From Macrostomum lignano (taxonomy: Eukaryota): DNA of 64,000 nt. Of this stretch, positions 23,403 to 39,889 are shown in pieces (positions within the stretch are counted from its first letter, which is position 1; the number at the start of each line of letters is the position of its first letter). The translations under genes and the position numbers were made by a program. The notes under the pieces were generated by a model. That model saw nothing but the letters and a program-made list of their open reading frames with translations. It did no database searches and was not told the origin of the DNA. The stretch spans positions 666,755 through 730,754 of the forward strand of contig NIVC01000129.1 in assembly GCA_002269645.1 (NCBI GenBank), in the 5' to 3' direction.

Positions 23403-23710
23403 GCAAGCATCCCCCAGATACCAAGCATTCCCCAGATACCAAGCATCCCCAGATAGCAAGCATCCCCAGATAGCAAGCATCCCCCAGATAGCAAGCATTC
23501 CCCAGATACAAGCATCCACCCAGATAGCAAGCATCCTGCAGATAGCAAGAATCCCTAAATACAATAGCAAGCATCCCTGGACAGAAAGAATCCCATACAT
23601 GTAGATACATTTAGCCAGTACCCCTCTCCCAAATAGCAATTACCTCCTCCCCCCTCGAGAGCAAGCATCCCCCCAGATACAATAGCAAGCATACCCCAGA
23701 TAGCAAGAAT
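23403..23710 (+). repeat. Degenerate 18-bp minisatellite (CCCCAGATAGCAAGCATC), right part
   Basis: Direct periodicity. Confidence 0.88.
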
Positions 23711-24039
23711 CTACCAGTGCAGAATCCATTCTTCTCTGTAGGGATGTAGGGAGCGCTAGAGAGATATCATCGCACGAGATATCGTTATGTTGTTCTCTCG
23801 GAGGTCTGGCCAGAAATACATGTAGGCATAATGTCTGTCAAACTATATGGCTGGCGGCTTCGGGGTGGCAGATCCTGGTGACACTATGAATCGATATTTT
23901 ACCGTTTATTAAGTGATTCAAGATCGGATACGAGCACGTCACCAATGCGGCATTTTATCGGCGCACCGTCGGCGACTCTAGCTGGCAAGCCACATCATCC
24001 AAGCCGAGTCTTACTGCCCCCAACCGGTGCAGGAGGTGC

Positions 24040-26597
24040 TTCTTCTTCTTCTTCTGCTTCAGCGCTCGCTTTACCGGCGCGGCGGCGCCGAAATTTGCGG
24101 GGGCCATCGCCCCATGCTCCGAAGGAGCGAGAGACATTTTCCCGGGTTCCGGAGGAGCTCCTCGTGATCGTTCCCGACCAGGGCCATCCGTCGAGCGTCT
24201 CCCCGGTGGCAGTGAAGTAGCGCGTGGGCGCTGTCGTCGAGTTCTCCGCAGTCCGGGCACTGCGGGTTATCGATCATACCGAATCGGTGCTGGATCTCGG
24301 CGCAGAGCATCGTCATGCCTGCGCGAAGCTGGCACACCGCCGTTTGCTCCCGCCGGTCTCTCGCTTTGAAGTCCGGCCAGGATTGCGGCAGGGTTTCTTT
24401 CTCCAGGGTCCGGCGATCGCGGCGAATGGCTGCTTTTGCGGCGTTGAAGGAGATGGGCACTTCCTCTTGGGGCAAGCCTCTTGCCATGCCGGCCGCGCGG
24501 TCCGCCGCTTCATTAAGGCTGATGCCGCAGTGGGCTGGCACCCAGATTAATTCTATGTCGGCCGTTTCGTTGATGTCTAGCATGTGGCGCCAGCAGTCCG
24601 TACCGGTCTTAGTCGCCTGGGCTAGTGGTCCGGCCCCTAGTGCTGTCAATGACGATAATGAGTCGCTACATAGGCGAATCTTCTTTTCGCTCGGGCTGCA
24701 GTTGTTCTTAATAAAAACCAGTGCTTCGCGGATGGCTATCATTTCTGCGTCAAAGGAGCTACAGATGATTCCGGCCGGGGCCTTGCGCACATGGCTCGCC
24801 AAGGTCGTGCAGGTTATAGCGGCGCTGCCGCCGGGTCCGGTGCCGTCCGCCACCGATCCGTCTGTCCACACGCAGATGTCAGCCTCAGGCAGTGACTGCA
24901 GGAACTCCGTTGCCGCCGCGCTCCGGGACTCCTGGGGGTCCGTGCGGCGGCATCGGGCCGAGATGTCCAGGCGGATGTTAATGTCCCGTGCGTCGCACTC
25001 CCACGGCGGGATGCCGGGGCTTACCGGGTCGCCTCTTTTGTGGGAATCCAACATGGCAACCGACGGCAGCTCCAGTGCCGCCCTCCTCCAGCAGTTCCGG
25101 AAGGGGCGGGTGGCGTCCCGCGGGTCGATGAGGTTCAGCGAGTTCGGCTGTGCTTCGTCGTCGGCGCCGCCGTCTCCGTGGGTGCGGCCGTGGTTGCGTG
25201 CCAAAGCTTCGTAGGTACGGTTTTTCAGTCTAGGCCTGGTGTTCCGCAAGGCTACTTGTCCCGCCGAGACACTCGGGTCGAGTCTGAGGACTCTTTCCCT
25301 TAGGCGTGCCGCCCTCTCGGACGCGATGAATGAGAGCGGTGTGAGCCCGGCCAGTTGTAGGACTGAGCGGATGTTGGTCGGCATGATACATCCCGTAATC
25401 AGTCTCGCGCACGCGTTCTGCTGCTGTTCAATAGCTCGTCTGGTGGAGGGGGCGGTGCTGCATAGCCAGGTACCTGCGGCGTACTCGGCCACAGCGCGGA
25501 CGGTACTGATGTAGGCTGTTCGGATCGTTTGTAGATCAGCTCCGGTGCTCCTGCCGGCCATCGCTGCGAGCGGTCGGCGTCTGGCGCACATCTTGGCGCG
25601 GACTGTCGCGGCGTGCTGCGCGAAATTGAGTTGACCGTCTAGGCGAACACCGAGGTAGTTCGGGGCTGGGTCAAAGGCTATTGGCTTGTCATCGATGAGC
25701 AGGTTGAGTCTCTTTTTGCCGTTTGATTCCTTTGCGTCCAGCGTGAAAGTGCCGTACACGCTCTTTTCCACGCTGAGCTCCACTTTCCATTCCTTGCACC
25801 ACTGTGAGACGGCGTTCAGCGCGGGTTGCAGCTTCTCTTCACATGTGTCCAGAGACCTGTTAGAGGTCAGGAGGGCGCTGTCATCGGCATAAAGTTTGAT
25901 GGAAACACCCGCGGCGGCGTCTAGCACCGCATCGGCCAGATCGTTGACGTAGACTAACCACAGTGTGGGGGCGAGCACCGACCCCTGTGGTAGTCCTTCC
26001 CGGAAGATGCGTTCTTTGCTGGTGCAGTCGCCGACGCGCACGCGGGCTCTTCGGTCTGACAGGAAGGCCTTGATCCACCGGATGACGTCGGCTGGCACTC
26101 CCAAGTCTCGCAGCTTCGAGTAGAGAGCCGCCCTCCAGACTCTGTCGTAGGCGCGGCTAAAATCAAGCAGGCAGAGCACTGACCTGATGTGCGGGGTGGC
26201 CTCGAGCTTGTCGAAAATCTCCTGAGAGATGTCGGCAATGAGCTCCTCAGTGGAACGCCCCCGTCGGAAGCCCGCCTGGCTGGCGGTCAGCCGACCCGAG
26301 GCCTCCAGGGCGTAACGGAGACGCTGGAGGACCATGCGCTTTGCGAGCTTAGCCACGCAGCTGGTTAGGGCGATTGGGCGATATGATTCCGGCTTGCTGG
26401 CGTCCTTCCCTTTCTTGGGAATCGGGATAATGGTAGCCTTTCTCCACTGCCACGGGCACTTGCCTCCCATCCATGACCTGTTAATGAGCTCCAGGAGTCT
26501 TTTGTCAGTAGACGGTGGTAGGTGTTTCAACATATCATTACTGACTCCGTCCTGTCCGGGTGCCTTTCCAGATTTCAGGGCTCGGACGGCGTTCCGG
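24040..26597 (-). mobile_element. 5'-truncated Ingi/I-group LINE with intact RT-RNase H reading frame and (GAA)n tail
   Basis: KAPGQDG, YRPIALTSC, QAGFRRGRST, LDFSRAYDRV, GLPQGSVLAP and LYADD; RNase H motifs WTDGS, SDS and WVPAHCG; stop at 24071. The tail lies at 24040-24060. The 11-bp TSD GCAGGAGGTGC is at 24029-24039 and 26598-26608 (repeated at 26624-26634). Confidence 0.92.
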
Positions 26598-27388
26598 GCA
26601 GGAGGTGCCGGGCACCTCGGACGGCAGGAGGTGCTGCTGCTGACGCTGCAGGCACCCAGCCGGAAGGGGCAGGCGCATACTCGGCGTTTTGTCGACTGCA
26701 TGTTGGCTGAAACCGGCGCCCAGGACACCGATAGTGGTGCGGCCTACGTTCGCGCACAGGCTCTGAAATGCGGATACACTTTCGACAGATCGGCCTTCTC
26801 GCTAAAGCGCTGCATGTATAATAGTTATCGCCGCAGTTTTGCAACGTGGCTATTAGCTAACAGCCGCGGGAAAAGATAATCATCCTTAGTTTTTAGAGGC
26901 AGCAGATGCAGATACCTTCGTACATTGGCGGTTTCGTAGATTCTGGCAAAGTGACTTTGCCGTCACTGGATCGGCCGGGCGTTCTTCAATGGAAGAATCA
27001 GCTTTAAGCAAATCAAAACGCTGTGAGCTTTCCTTATTTGGTTCTAAAATTTCCCCTAGTTTTAGTCACTGCAGCCATCAGGACAGTTTTTCACCTATAG
27101 TTGGTCGGCTATGGGTTGAACCTCAAACCAAATTTGGCTCCCCGGACGTCTGTTTTTCTTCCCCAATCGGACGGCTGAGAGTGCTGTGGCAGCACAACAA
27201 AACCTTTGCAGGATGCGAATGCTGCGTGGGACTTCTGATCCGCGAACTTTCTCGCTCTTCTCCCCTTTCCTCCAATAAGCGATTGCTCTATACCATACCT
27301 GGAATGCAGGCTATTTTTAGTATAGAATCCCAGTTTATTTCTGTCTGACTAAACCTGGGATCCGGGCTCCAACGCGCCTATATAACAG

Positions 27389-28680
<1,292 letters not shown>

Positions 28681-29352
28681 TTCTGACAAACTTCTGTTGT
28701 TCGCTACTGTTTTCCAAACGTATTCAGACACTACAGAAAGTACCGAGTAGCTATAAATGGAAGAATTGAATTTGTTTTATGGCTGAAATTCAAAAAAGAC
28801 GTTCTTTGGTCCCCTTTGTTAAAATGAAAATTATGTTTCACAACTCAATTTTTAAAAATGAAAAAATCGCAGTTCAGCACTTTTCTTTCTTTTCTTGACT
28901 TCATGAGCTCTATTGTGACGATTAACCGGCAGACTCGAAATTAACTGACGAAGACAAATATAGCAGAGGCAAATTTTGTAGCGGTAGCACTTGATGATAG
29001 TAGCGAATGATGCGGGCGGTGGCCGCAGTTCAAACTTATTGTAACCGGATGAGTGGATAGTTAGGGCTCGTTATTAACGATTCCGTCTGGGTAGTTAATA
29101 GAGATGGGCCGGAGTATTTGCTGAATCCGTAAGGAATGCACTGGGCGGCTACGCAACAATAAGATAGATGATAGATGATGGAGCGAATCGATGAGCCTGA
29201 GGCAATGGCGACGATGTGACGGCAGTGATCGTGTGGTGGCGGTACTCGTAGCGAGAACCCTTTACAGAACGGTGGTGGTGGCGTGATCGAGAATTGGCGG
29301 TGGCGGTGGCGTGACTGAGACTTGGCAGAGGCGTGGTTTAGAACTGTGGCGG

Positions 29353-29355
<3 letters not shown>

Positions 29356-29400
<45 letters not shown>
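29356..29400 (+). repeat. (AG)n microsatellite
   Basis: Direct read. Confidence 0.97.
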
Positions 29401-29402
<2 letters not shown>

Positions 29403-29938
29403 GGCCGGAAGGGGTGCTTTCACAAGGTCGAAATTTCACAACATCGAAAACTTTAGCAAAGGGCTTCATAAGGTCGAAATTTCACAACGTAGAAAACTCA
29501 AATAGCAGCCACTTTCACAAGGTCGAAACTTCACAAGGTCGAAATTTCATAAGGTCAAAATTTCACAAGATCGAAATTTCACAACACCGAAAACTCTAGC
29601 AAGAGATTTCATAAAGTCAAAATTTCACAAGGTCGAAATTTCATAACATCGAAAACTCAAATAGCAGCCACTTTCACAAGGTCGAAACTTCATAAGCTCG
29701 AAATTTCACAACGTCGAAAATTTAATATAACAAGAACAATACAGTAGTTTCCTACGTTATGAAATTTCGACCTTGTGAAGTTTCGACCTTGTGAAATTTC
29801 GACCTTACGCTCGTATGCAGTCCCTTGCTAAAGTTTTCGATGTTGTGAAATTTCGACCTTGTGAAGTTTCGATCTTGTGAAAGAAGGTGCTTTCGACGTT
29901 GTGAAATTTCGAGTTTGTGAAACCCCCCCCCCCGGCCG
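29401..29938. mobile_element. Foldback-type element with inverted arrays of a 16-bp subrepeat (ATTTCACAAGGTCGAA)
   Basis: The subrepeat is forward in 29417-29720 and reversed in 29755-29921. Termini CGGGCCGGAAGGGG / CCCCCCGGCCGG are loosely inverted; no TSD was found. Confidence 0.65.
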
Positions 29939-31641
29939 GAAAACAGGGTCTAACCCCGAGCGCCCCAGCCAGACAGGACTGATAAAGAGCGGGCTGGGGG
30001 TGGGTGCGCGAGGAGAGCTTAATTTCAGGCTAGCATAATTTATGCGCGGCTTTTCTATTGGCCGGCGAGAAAAACCAACTTGAAAACAGAAATTAACGAT
30101 CGCATTGTACATAGGCATTACAAACGCACGAAATGTTGTTTAAAATTCTTTGGGCATTACTTTAAGCAGACGTTAGAGTACGAGACCATTAAATTAACAA
30201 TATTTTAGATTGGCACTGCTTTCGCTAAAACGGCCCTTGTCGGGGCTACCTCAGCTGACAACGTCACACTATCTAATTTATTTCAAACTTTGATACAGTT
30301 ATTTATTCATTAACTGAATATCAATAACTTTAAATCTGTTGTGTGGAGACAAAAATATTAGTTTAGTAGGACAGTACATGTACAGACCATATTTCTGAGC
30401 GTATTTTCCTTATAACTCTACTATTTAGTAGAGCATAAAGTGAAAGTTCAGTATAATTATGCCAGGTATTTTAGTTTTTCAGTCGTAGATTTTAATTTAT
30501 CTATTTATCAGTTTTATAAACAGCACGACATAAATACACTGAAGCGGTCTATATAGATCGTTGAGATCTCTAGCTAAGTGCAACTGAAAATATACAATCT
30601 GCAAATCGATATAGCTAAATCCTAAATGAATTCACATCAACTTATATTGGTTAAAATTCATGTACTTGCAACGTAAACACACACGTAAAGTTGAACTTTA
30701 TATGCATGATATGATTTATCAGATTAGGAAATGAGTTATTTTCTCACAAGTTTTAAGGCACTTGCGTTTTTTCAGGGCGTTATCTTCTGTTAGCTACAAA
30801 ACTTCTGCGTCTTTTCGGGACCGTGGATAGGTTAGATTATTGAAAAACTAGATACATGCAGATAGTGCATATTTAGCATAACAACGCTAAGGTGATCACA
30901 AAAGAAAGCATTTATGTAATCTAGGAGAACTTTTCATAATTCTGTTATAGTTTTGGCAGAAGCCAACACGCAATGCTTATATGCCAAATTTACACACAAA
31001 ACATTTTATTAATTTCTTTTTGTATGGCCTGTCAAGATTCTTTTACAGTATATAGCTGACTGACAAACTTTTCTGTGCCCTCTAGTGCAAGAAATATGCG
31101 TTGGGTCTGTGCGTTGTGTGTGTGGCATGTATTTGGCAGTATGAATTCAAAGAGAGAGAGAGAGAATGGTAGAAAGCAGAAAACCTGGGGTGACATGCAC
31201 GCAAACTGCCAAGTCACGTGACCGCTGGTGTGCCTGCCACCGCCCTCTCTCTCTTTCAAACCCAGTCTAGTCAGTGCGCTGTCCAGCAGAGAAGTGTTGT
31301 GTGGGATTGAATTTTCCAAGTCAAGCTTTCCGGCGCGCTTATTGGCGAGAGGTCTGCGCGCTTCAGAGCCACCCCCGTCCTTTGACAGGCTGCAGGGGTG
31401 AAGAGAAAAGAGAATTGACACAGTGAAGTACTAAAGAGGAAAATTGCAGCATAAAAGCCAACTAACGAACGCCGTTTCGTTTGGCTTTTTGAGGTTGCCG
31501 ACTTCAAAGGTACAAAGAGGTCTGTTTCTACCCTATCCAGGCCGAGTGGAGAGCAGCAGTGTTAAAGACGGGTTCGCTTGCCGTTAGTCCTCTATCCAAC
31601 CGAAGGATTGCCAGCTAATTAATACACCATCCTTGACTGCG

Positions 31642-34600
31642 ATGGCCATGGCTACACTTCGATTCATTGGTCGAAAAATTGTCCTTGGCAAACAGGGACC
31701 CGGGCTGGCTGCTGCGTCAACTCTGAGGCGAGCCCTAGCAACCACAGTCGGATCAGTTGACAAGCAGAAGCGCCTGCTGACGGTTCGGTGGTCGGACAAG
31801 TCGCGTCGGGACAGTCTGCTGCCGTTGGCCTGGCTGCGGGACAACTGCCAGTGCAGCGCTTGCTTCCATCCCGACACGCTGTCCCGGCTGCAGCTGATGG
31901 AGAACTTCGATCCGAAGATTGGCGCTGACAGCGTCCAGGTGAGACCCCAACAGCTTGTGAATTGAGCTCAGCTGAAACTGACAATTGAATCGCAGTTCCG
32001 AGTTCTAGTTTACGAATAGCCCTATTTTGAGTGGTTCGTCTCCACGAGGTTAATTATCAAGGTCTTCTCGGTCGATTGTTTCATACGGTTAAGCAAATTC
32101 GAGTGCTTTTCCAGACTGCTAAATGCTAACACAGAAACCGTTCCGATAAACCAAATCGCGATTCAAAGTTTGAACACCGCTAAGGATCAGACGTCACCGC
32201 CGAAGTTCAGGTTGGCTTATCGCGTCACTGGAATCTTATAAAATGTATAGAGGAGTGTGAGGAGCCTTTATCTCGACTTTTATGCTTGCTGAAGCGTGCC
32301 TTTTATGAGCCTTGTAGACGACACGCAGAGGTTAGAACAAGGGCAATTAATGTTAAATGTGCTTTAACTTTAGTTTTTGAATGACGATATTTTCAGCGTC
32401 TAAACTCTGACCTTGAGAAGTACAAAGCATTCTGTTATTTAATGCACTTATTATTATTGGTACTCTTCTATCTAGTTTGACGATGCCAGCAAAACCTGCA
32501 GCGTCACCTGGTCGGACGGTCACGTGAGCACTTACAAATACGACTGGCTGATGCGGCGCAGCTTTGACTCAGAATCGCAGCAGCAGAGGAGCCTGTGGTA
32601 CAGCGGCAAGCACGAGCTGTGGGGATCTGATTACGCCATCCGCAGGCATCCGTTTGATCAGGTAGGTTACAGGTCAATTGAATTATTAACTAAACCAGCT
32701 AATGACTCTAAAATATTTCCCTATACTCATAGCTCCACTCTAAACCTGGTTCATACGTACATTGTCGATATAAGTTACTCTCAAACTCTCTTCAACGTAG
32801 AACGAAGTCTCCTCAGTATCTGTCTCAAATTTACACTGTCGCTTCCTCTCAATCTCTGCCCCAAATTTACACAGTAGCTTTCTATAAATCTCTGCCCCCA
32901 AAGTACACTGTAGCTTTCTATAAATCTCTGCCCCGAATGTACACTGTAGCGTTCTGTAAATTTCTGTCCCCAAAGTACACTGTAGCTTTCTATAAATCTC
33001 TGCCCCCAATGTACACTGTAACTTTCTATAAATCTCTGCCCCCGAAGTACACTGTAGCTTTATATAAATCTCTGCCCCGAATGTACACCGTAGCGTTCTA
33101 TAAATCTATGTCCCCAATGTGCACTGTAGCTTCGTCTCAATCATTGTCCCAAAAGTACACTGCTGCTTTCTGTCAATCTCTGTCCCCAAAATGTACACAG
33201 AAGCAGCAGCTTTTTTCCCTTCTGTGTTGTTTTAAAATTTCGGTTACAGTAAAATTCTAACAAATACTCGGCCTGTTACCAATCAATTATATGCACTGGG
33301 CTTGTGCTTATCCCAATTGCACCATGATGTTTGGGAATCAAATTGCAGTGCTAGTACTGTAATACTCGTCAGTACCCTTGATCCCCTAGAAATCCCCCGG
33401 GCTTTTGATTTAGCTAAGCACTGGGCACGCCCCTTGCTTTAGTCACGCATATTCTCAAGGCTATATTCGTACATACTAAACGCAAAAGTACATCCGACTG
33501 TGTCCGCATAAATTTGCCAATTTGCTGACCACATAAACGTATCGAGATTCCGGAGCGGCTTCAAAGGCTTGCAGCAGACAAATCCAAGTCAAGGCAGAAT
33601 TAAATTGTTTCTCCGGGCACACAGACGCATAAAGACTCGACTCAATCATCTTTAGAAGGAGCCATGCAGAGTTTAGTCTCGGCTGTGTCCACTCAGATCC
33701 AGACCACTGTAGGATCCCGTCCCATATTTTCCCATAAGATCTGGAGGATTCCTTCCTCTATTTTCATACTTTCTTTAAACTTTACTCATGCTAAATGATA
33801 TCTAACTATACAATACCTGTATTGATTTCAATAATGACACAAATCTGTATTGATCTCAATAGTGACACACACCTGTATTGATCTCAATAGTGACACATAC
33901 CTGTATTGATCTCAATAGTGACACATACCTGTATTGATCTCTAACTATACACATCTGTATTGACCTCAATAGTGACACATACCTGTATTGATCTCAATAG
34001 TGACACACACCTGTATTGATCTCAATAGTGACACACACCTGTATTGATCTCAATAGTGACACACACCTGTATTGATCTCAATAGTGACACACACCTGCAT
34101 TGATCTCAATAGTGACACACCTGTATTGATCTCAATAGTGACACACACCTGTATTGATCTCAATAGTGACACACACCTGTATTGATCTCAATAGTGACAC
34201 ACACCTGTATTGATCTCAATAGTGACACATACCTGTATTGATCTCAATAGTGACACACACCTGTATTGATCTCAATAGTGACACACACCTGTATTGATCT
34301 CAATAGTGACACACACCTGTATTGATCTCAATAGTGACACACACCTGTATTGATCTTAATAGTGACACACACCTGTATTGATCTCAATAGTGACACACAC
34401 CTGTATTGATCTCAATAGTGACACACACCTGTATTGATCTCAATAGTGACACACACCTGTATTGATCTTAATAGTGACACACACCTGTATTGATCTCAAT
34501 AGTGACACATACCTGTATTGATTTCAATAATGACACATATCTGTATTGATCTCAATAGTGACACACACCTGTATTGATCTTAATAGTGACACACACCTGT

Positions 34601-37432
34601 ATTGATCTCAATAGTGACACATACCTGTATTGATCTTAATAGTGACATACCTGTATTGATCTCAATAGTGACACATACCTGTATTGATCTTAATAGTGAC
34701 ATACCTGTATTGATCTCAATAGTGACACATACCTGTATTGATCTCAATAGTGACACATACCTGTATTGATCTTAATAGTGACACACCTGTATTGATCTCA
34801 ATAGTGACACATACCTGTATTGATCTCAATAGTGACACATACCTGTATTGATCTTAATAGTGACACACCTGTATTGATCTCAATAGTGACACATACCTGT
34901 ATTGATCTCAATAGTGACACATACCTGTATTGATCTTAATAGTGACACACCTGTATTGATCTCAATAGTGACACATACCTGTATTGATCTTAATAGTGAC
35001 ACACCTGTATTGATCTCAGTGACACATACCTGTATTGATCTCAATAGTGACACACACCTGTATTGATCTCAATGATCCATGCTGTATCACTGAATTTGTG
35101 CACCATGCCTTTCCACAGTTGATGAAGTCGGACTCCAGTCTGCTGCAGTTTCTCAACGACATGGAAGCCTTCGGTCTGACTGTGGTCGAAGGCGCTCCCA
35201 TCGCCGGAACTGAAGGACTTCGGGCGGTCACCGATTTGTGCAACCGCGTGGCCTTCCCCATGGAGACCAACTATGGCACGACCTTCACGGTGAAGAGCAA
35301 GCTGAATCCCAGCAACCTGGCCTACACACCAGCCAGGCTGGGCCTCCACGTAGACTTGCCGTTCTACAAAGACCCACCCGGGGTAAGTCTCTGTGAAATT
35401 TGACAACTACTTCACCAGGGGCTTTAGCACCAGGGGCTTTAGCACCAGGGGCTTTAGCACCAGGGGCTTTAGCATCAGGGGCTTTAGCACCAGGGGCGCC
35501 AGCACCAGGGGCTTTAGCACCAGGGCGCCAGCACCAGGGGCTTTAGCACCAGGGGCGCCAGCACCAGGGGCTTTAGCACCAGGGGCTTTAGCACCAGGGG
35601 CTTTAGCACCAGGGGCTTTAGCACCAGGGGCGCCAGCACCAGGGGCGCCAGCACCAGGGGCGCCAGCACCAGGGGCGCCAGCACCAGGGGCGCCAGCACC
35701 AGGGGCTTTAGCACCAGGGGCTTTAGCACCAGGGGCGCCAGCACCAGGGGCTTTAGCACCAGGGGCTTTAGCACCAGGGGCTTTAGCACCAGGGGCGCCA
35801 GCACCAGGGGCTTTAGCACCAGGGGCGCCAGCACCAGGGGCTTTAGCACCAGGGGCGCCAGCACCAGGGGCGTCAGCACCAGGGGCTTTAGCACCAGGGG
35901 CTTTAGCACCAGGGGCGCCAGCACCAAGGGGCGCCAGCACCAGCAGCACTGCAGCAAGATGCACATGTACAGAAATCGAGAAAGCAGGCTATAAACTGAA
36001 GTACATGTACATGCTCAGTGACAGAATTTGATGAAGATAAATCAGCTTCCTTTCGCAGCACCGCATCTTCATCATCCTACTCAGATCCAGCTGCTGCACT
36101 GCCTCGCCCAGTCCAACAACATCACAGGCGGCGAGAACTTCTTCTCCGATGGCTTCCACGCCGCCAACCTGCTGAAGGTGGCCAACTCGGACGCGTACAA
36201 GATGCTGACAACTCGTCTAGTTGACTTCTACGACTATGAAACTGATCACCTGGCTGACTTCCACATGCTCTGCCGACAGCGGGTCATCAGGTGAGGACGG
36301 CGTGAGAGGGGAGGTCAGTGAGCTCTGCAGTTTTTGTTCTGGCTTCAGCAGGCCTTTCCCTGTTGAGTCATGAAACAATTAACAAAATGTACTCAAGCAA
36401 CTAGTATTGATCCAGGGTTTTCAATCTCAATTAAATTTTATTTCCATCTTTGCTTCAAGAGCTTAAATTTTCTAGCTTTTCCTTGCTGAAAGAAGAAACT
36501 CGTTCTGCCAGAAAAATACAACCCTTCAGGCCCTCGAACGATGCTTGCTCATGACAACATCTAGTCTGAGAAGTTTATTCGAGAATTCCAGCGCTGTCAT
36601 GAGCAGAATCCGAGTTGATTTGATCATTAAAGTTCCAATATAATTTATACTTAGCTTAGAAAACCTCAATTTTCCCAACCAAACATTTCCAGTTTGACCA
36701 GTGACGGTGAATACGAGATGATCTGCTACAACAATCAGGTGCGCGACACTTACCTGAACATGCCCGCCGACCAGGTGCAGCTCTTCTACGACGCTTTGAA
36801 AGCCTTTGACACCCTGCTGCATGGGGAGCAGTGCTCAGTTTCTACCAAACTCAAAGAAGGTGAGCTCATCATTGTACGTACTTGACGATTAGAGAGTCGG
36901 GGCCATCACTGCAGAATAACAGGACGTAAAAACCAAAGATTTTTGAAGGCCAATCAATTGTCAATAAAAAATACACTGCGGAGAGAGGAACACTTTCTTT
37001 TTTTCATCACAAAATCAGTGATTACATTTGATCTGTAGCAGTAAAGATTTCCATTCCTTTAAATCAGGATGCACCACGTGGTAAAGTTGTAAATGCTCTG
37101 AAATGAAATTCTGTTTTGTTCCTTAATTAAAGACTTAGGTAAAAAACTAAAATTTTACTTTCGAGTATCTGCATGACTCATTGAAATGTTTCTGGCGTAA
37201 AAAAACCTAAGAAATTGCATTGGCATCCGATTGTCCCTAACGCCTGCCCACCACCCCCCCCCCCCAAGGCGACATTGTCACCTTCGACAACCGGCGAGTG
37301 CTGCACGGTCGCAACTCGTACACAGTGCACGGCACCGCCGAACGACACCTGGAGGGCGCCTACCTGCGCTGGGACGAAGTCTACTCAAGAATTCGCCGCC
37401 TGGAAGAGTCGGTGCGGAGCCGACAACCGTGA
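31642..37432 (+). CDS. BBOX1: Gamma-butyrobetaine dioxygenase-like (TauD/TfdA 2OG-Fe(II)); exons 31642-31938, 32476-32661, 35119-35382, 36085-36290, 36693-36859, 37269-37432; 427 aa
   Basis: Zn-binding WLRDNCQCSACFHP and TWSDGHVSTY, iron-binding HxD (GLHVDLPFY), QLLHC, DGFHAA and FDNRRVLHGR...RHLEGAY. All junctions are GT-AG and phase-consistent (1284 nt). Confidence 0.88.
32830..33200 (+). repeat. 36-bp minisatellite (TCTATAAATCTCTGCCCCCAAAGTACACTGTAGCTT), about 10 degenerate copies
   Basis: Direct periodicity; BBOX1-like intron 2. Confidence 0.9.
33820..35075 (+). repeat. 26/28-bp minisatellite (CACCTGTATTGATCTCAATAGTGACA[CA]), about 45 copies
   Basis: Direct periodicity; ends about 45 bp before the acceptor at 35118. 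Confidence 0.97.
35407..35945 (+). repeat. 15-bp minisatellite with two variants (GCACCAGGGGCTTTA / GCACCAGGGGCGCCA), about 35 copies
   Basis: Direct periodicity; BBOX1-like intron 3. Confidence 0.97.
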
Positions 37433-37883
37433 CTCGCTGGAAGTGACGAAGTCGGTCATTGTGCGACAATTAACCCCTAGGTTACTTAACAGACAGATCA
37501 TTTTTCTGAGAAATACAATCAATTATTTTTTAAACTACATGTCAGGGACAACTGTTTTAGTTGTCCCTGCTACATGTACCTCTTCTATTCCTCGTTACTT
37601 CAGTCATTGCTCCTAGTTTTGTTATCGGATGTCATCTTTGCTCTGGGTCAAACTTTTATGATGCTTACCTGCCGCTTAAAGTTATATTCTGTAAATGCTA
37701 CTGCATTGTAAAAGTAGCACGACGTGACCAAAGTGTTCAAATCTGACAATACAGAGAGCCTCTCTAGCAGAAGTCTCATTATTAAAGAAATTCTGATTGG
37801 ATCCGCGATTCTATTAAAAAAGCATTCGTTCCAGTGAAATTGCGCAGACATTTTTGGAGTTTTTTGAACTCCTGCCTGAAACT

Positions 37884-39450
<1,567 letters not shown>

Positions 39451-39889
39451 GACAAGTCTATGACAACAATCGCTGTGCAGTCTGGGATCATGGGAGTAGT
39501 GACGTCATTGCACAATTACTGAATGAACGTTTACATTCCCTGGCACACACGATGCCTGCTCTGTTACCCCAGAATTTCTCTGGCATCATGAATGAACTTT
39601 TTTAATTCATGAGCATGCTCCTGACATTCCCTGGACATTCCCCTGATGAACATTCTTTGGACATTATTGACATTCCTGGACTCTTCAAGAAATTTCAGAT
39701 CACTTTCAGACCTCTGGAGTTATTCTGAACTTATTTTAATCAATCAGACACAGTCCAAATTTCTCAAAAATAATCTATTTAAAAAAAACTGCCCCTCAGT
39801 TTTATTTACTCAAAAATTTCACCAACTTAGTCACCGTTGCTGGGTCTAGAATTGCTGAGTTTGCTGAGTCTAGTTTCTGAGTTTGCTGA

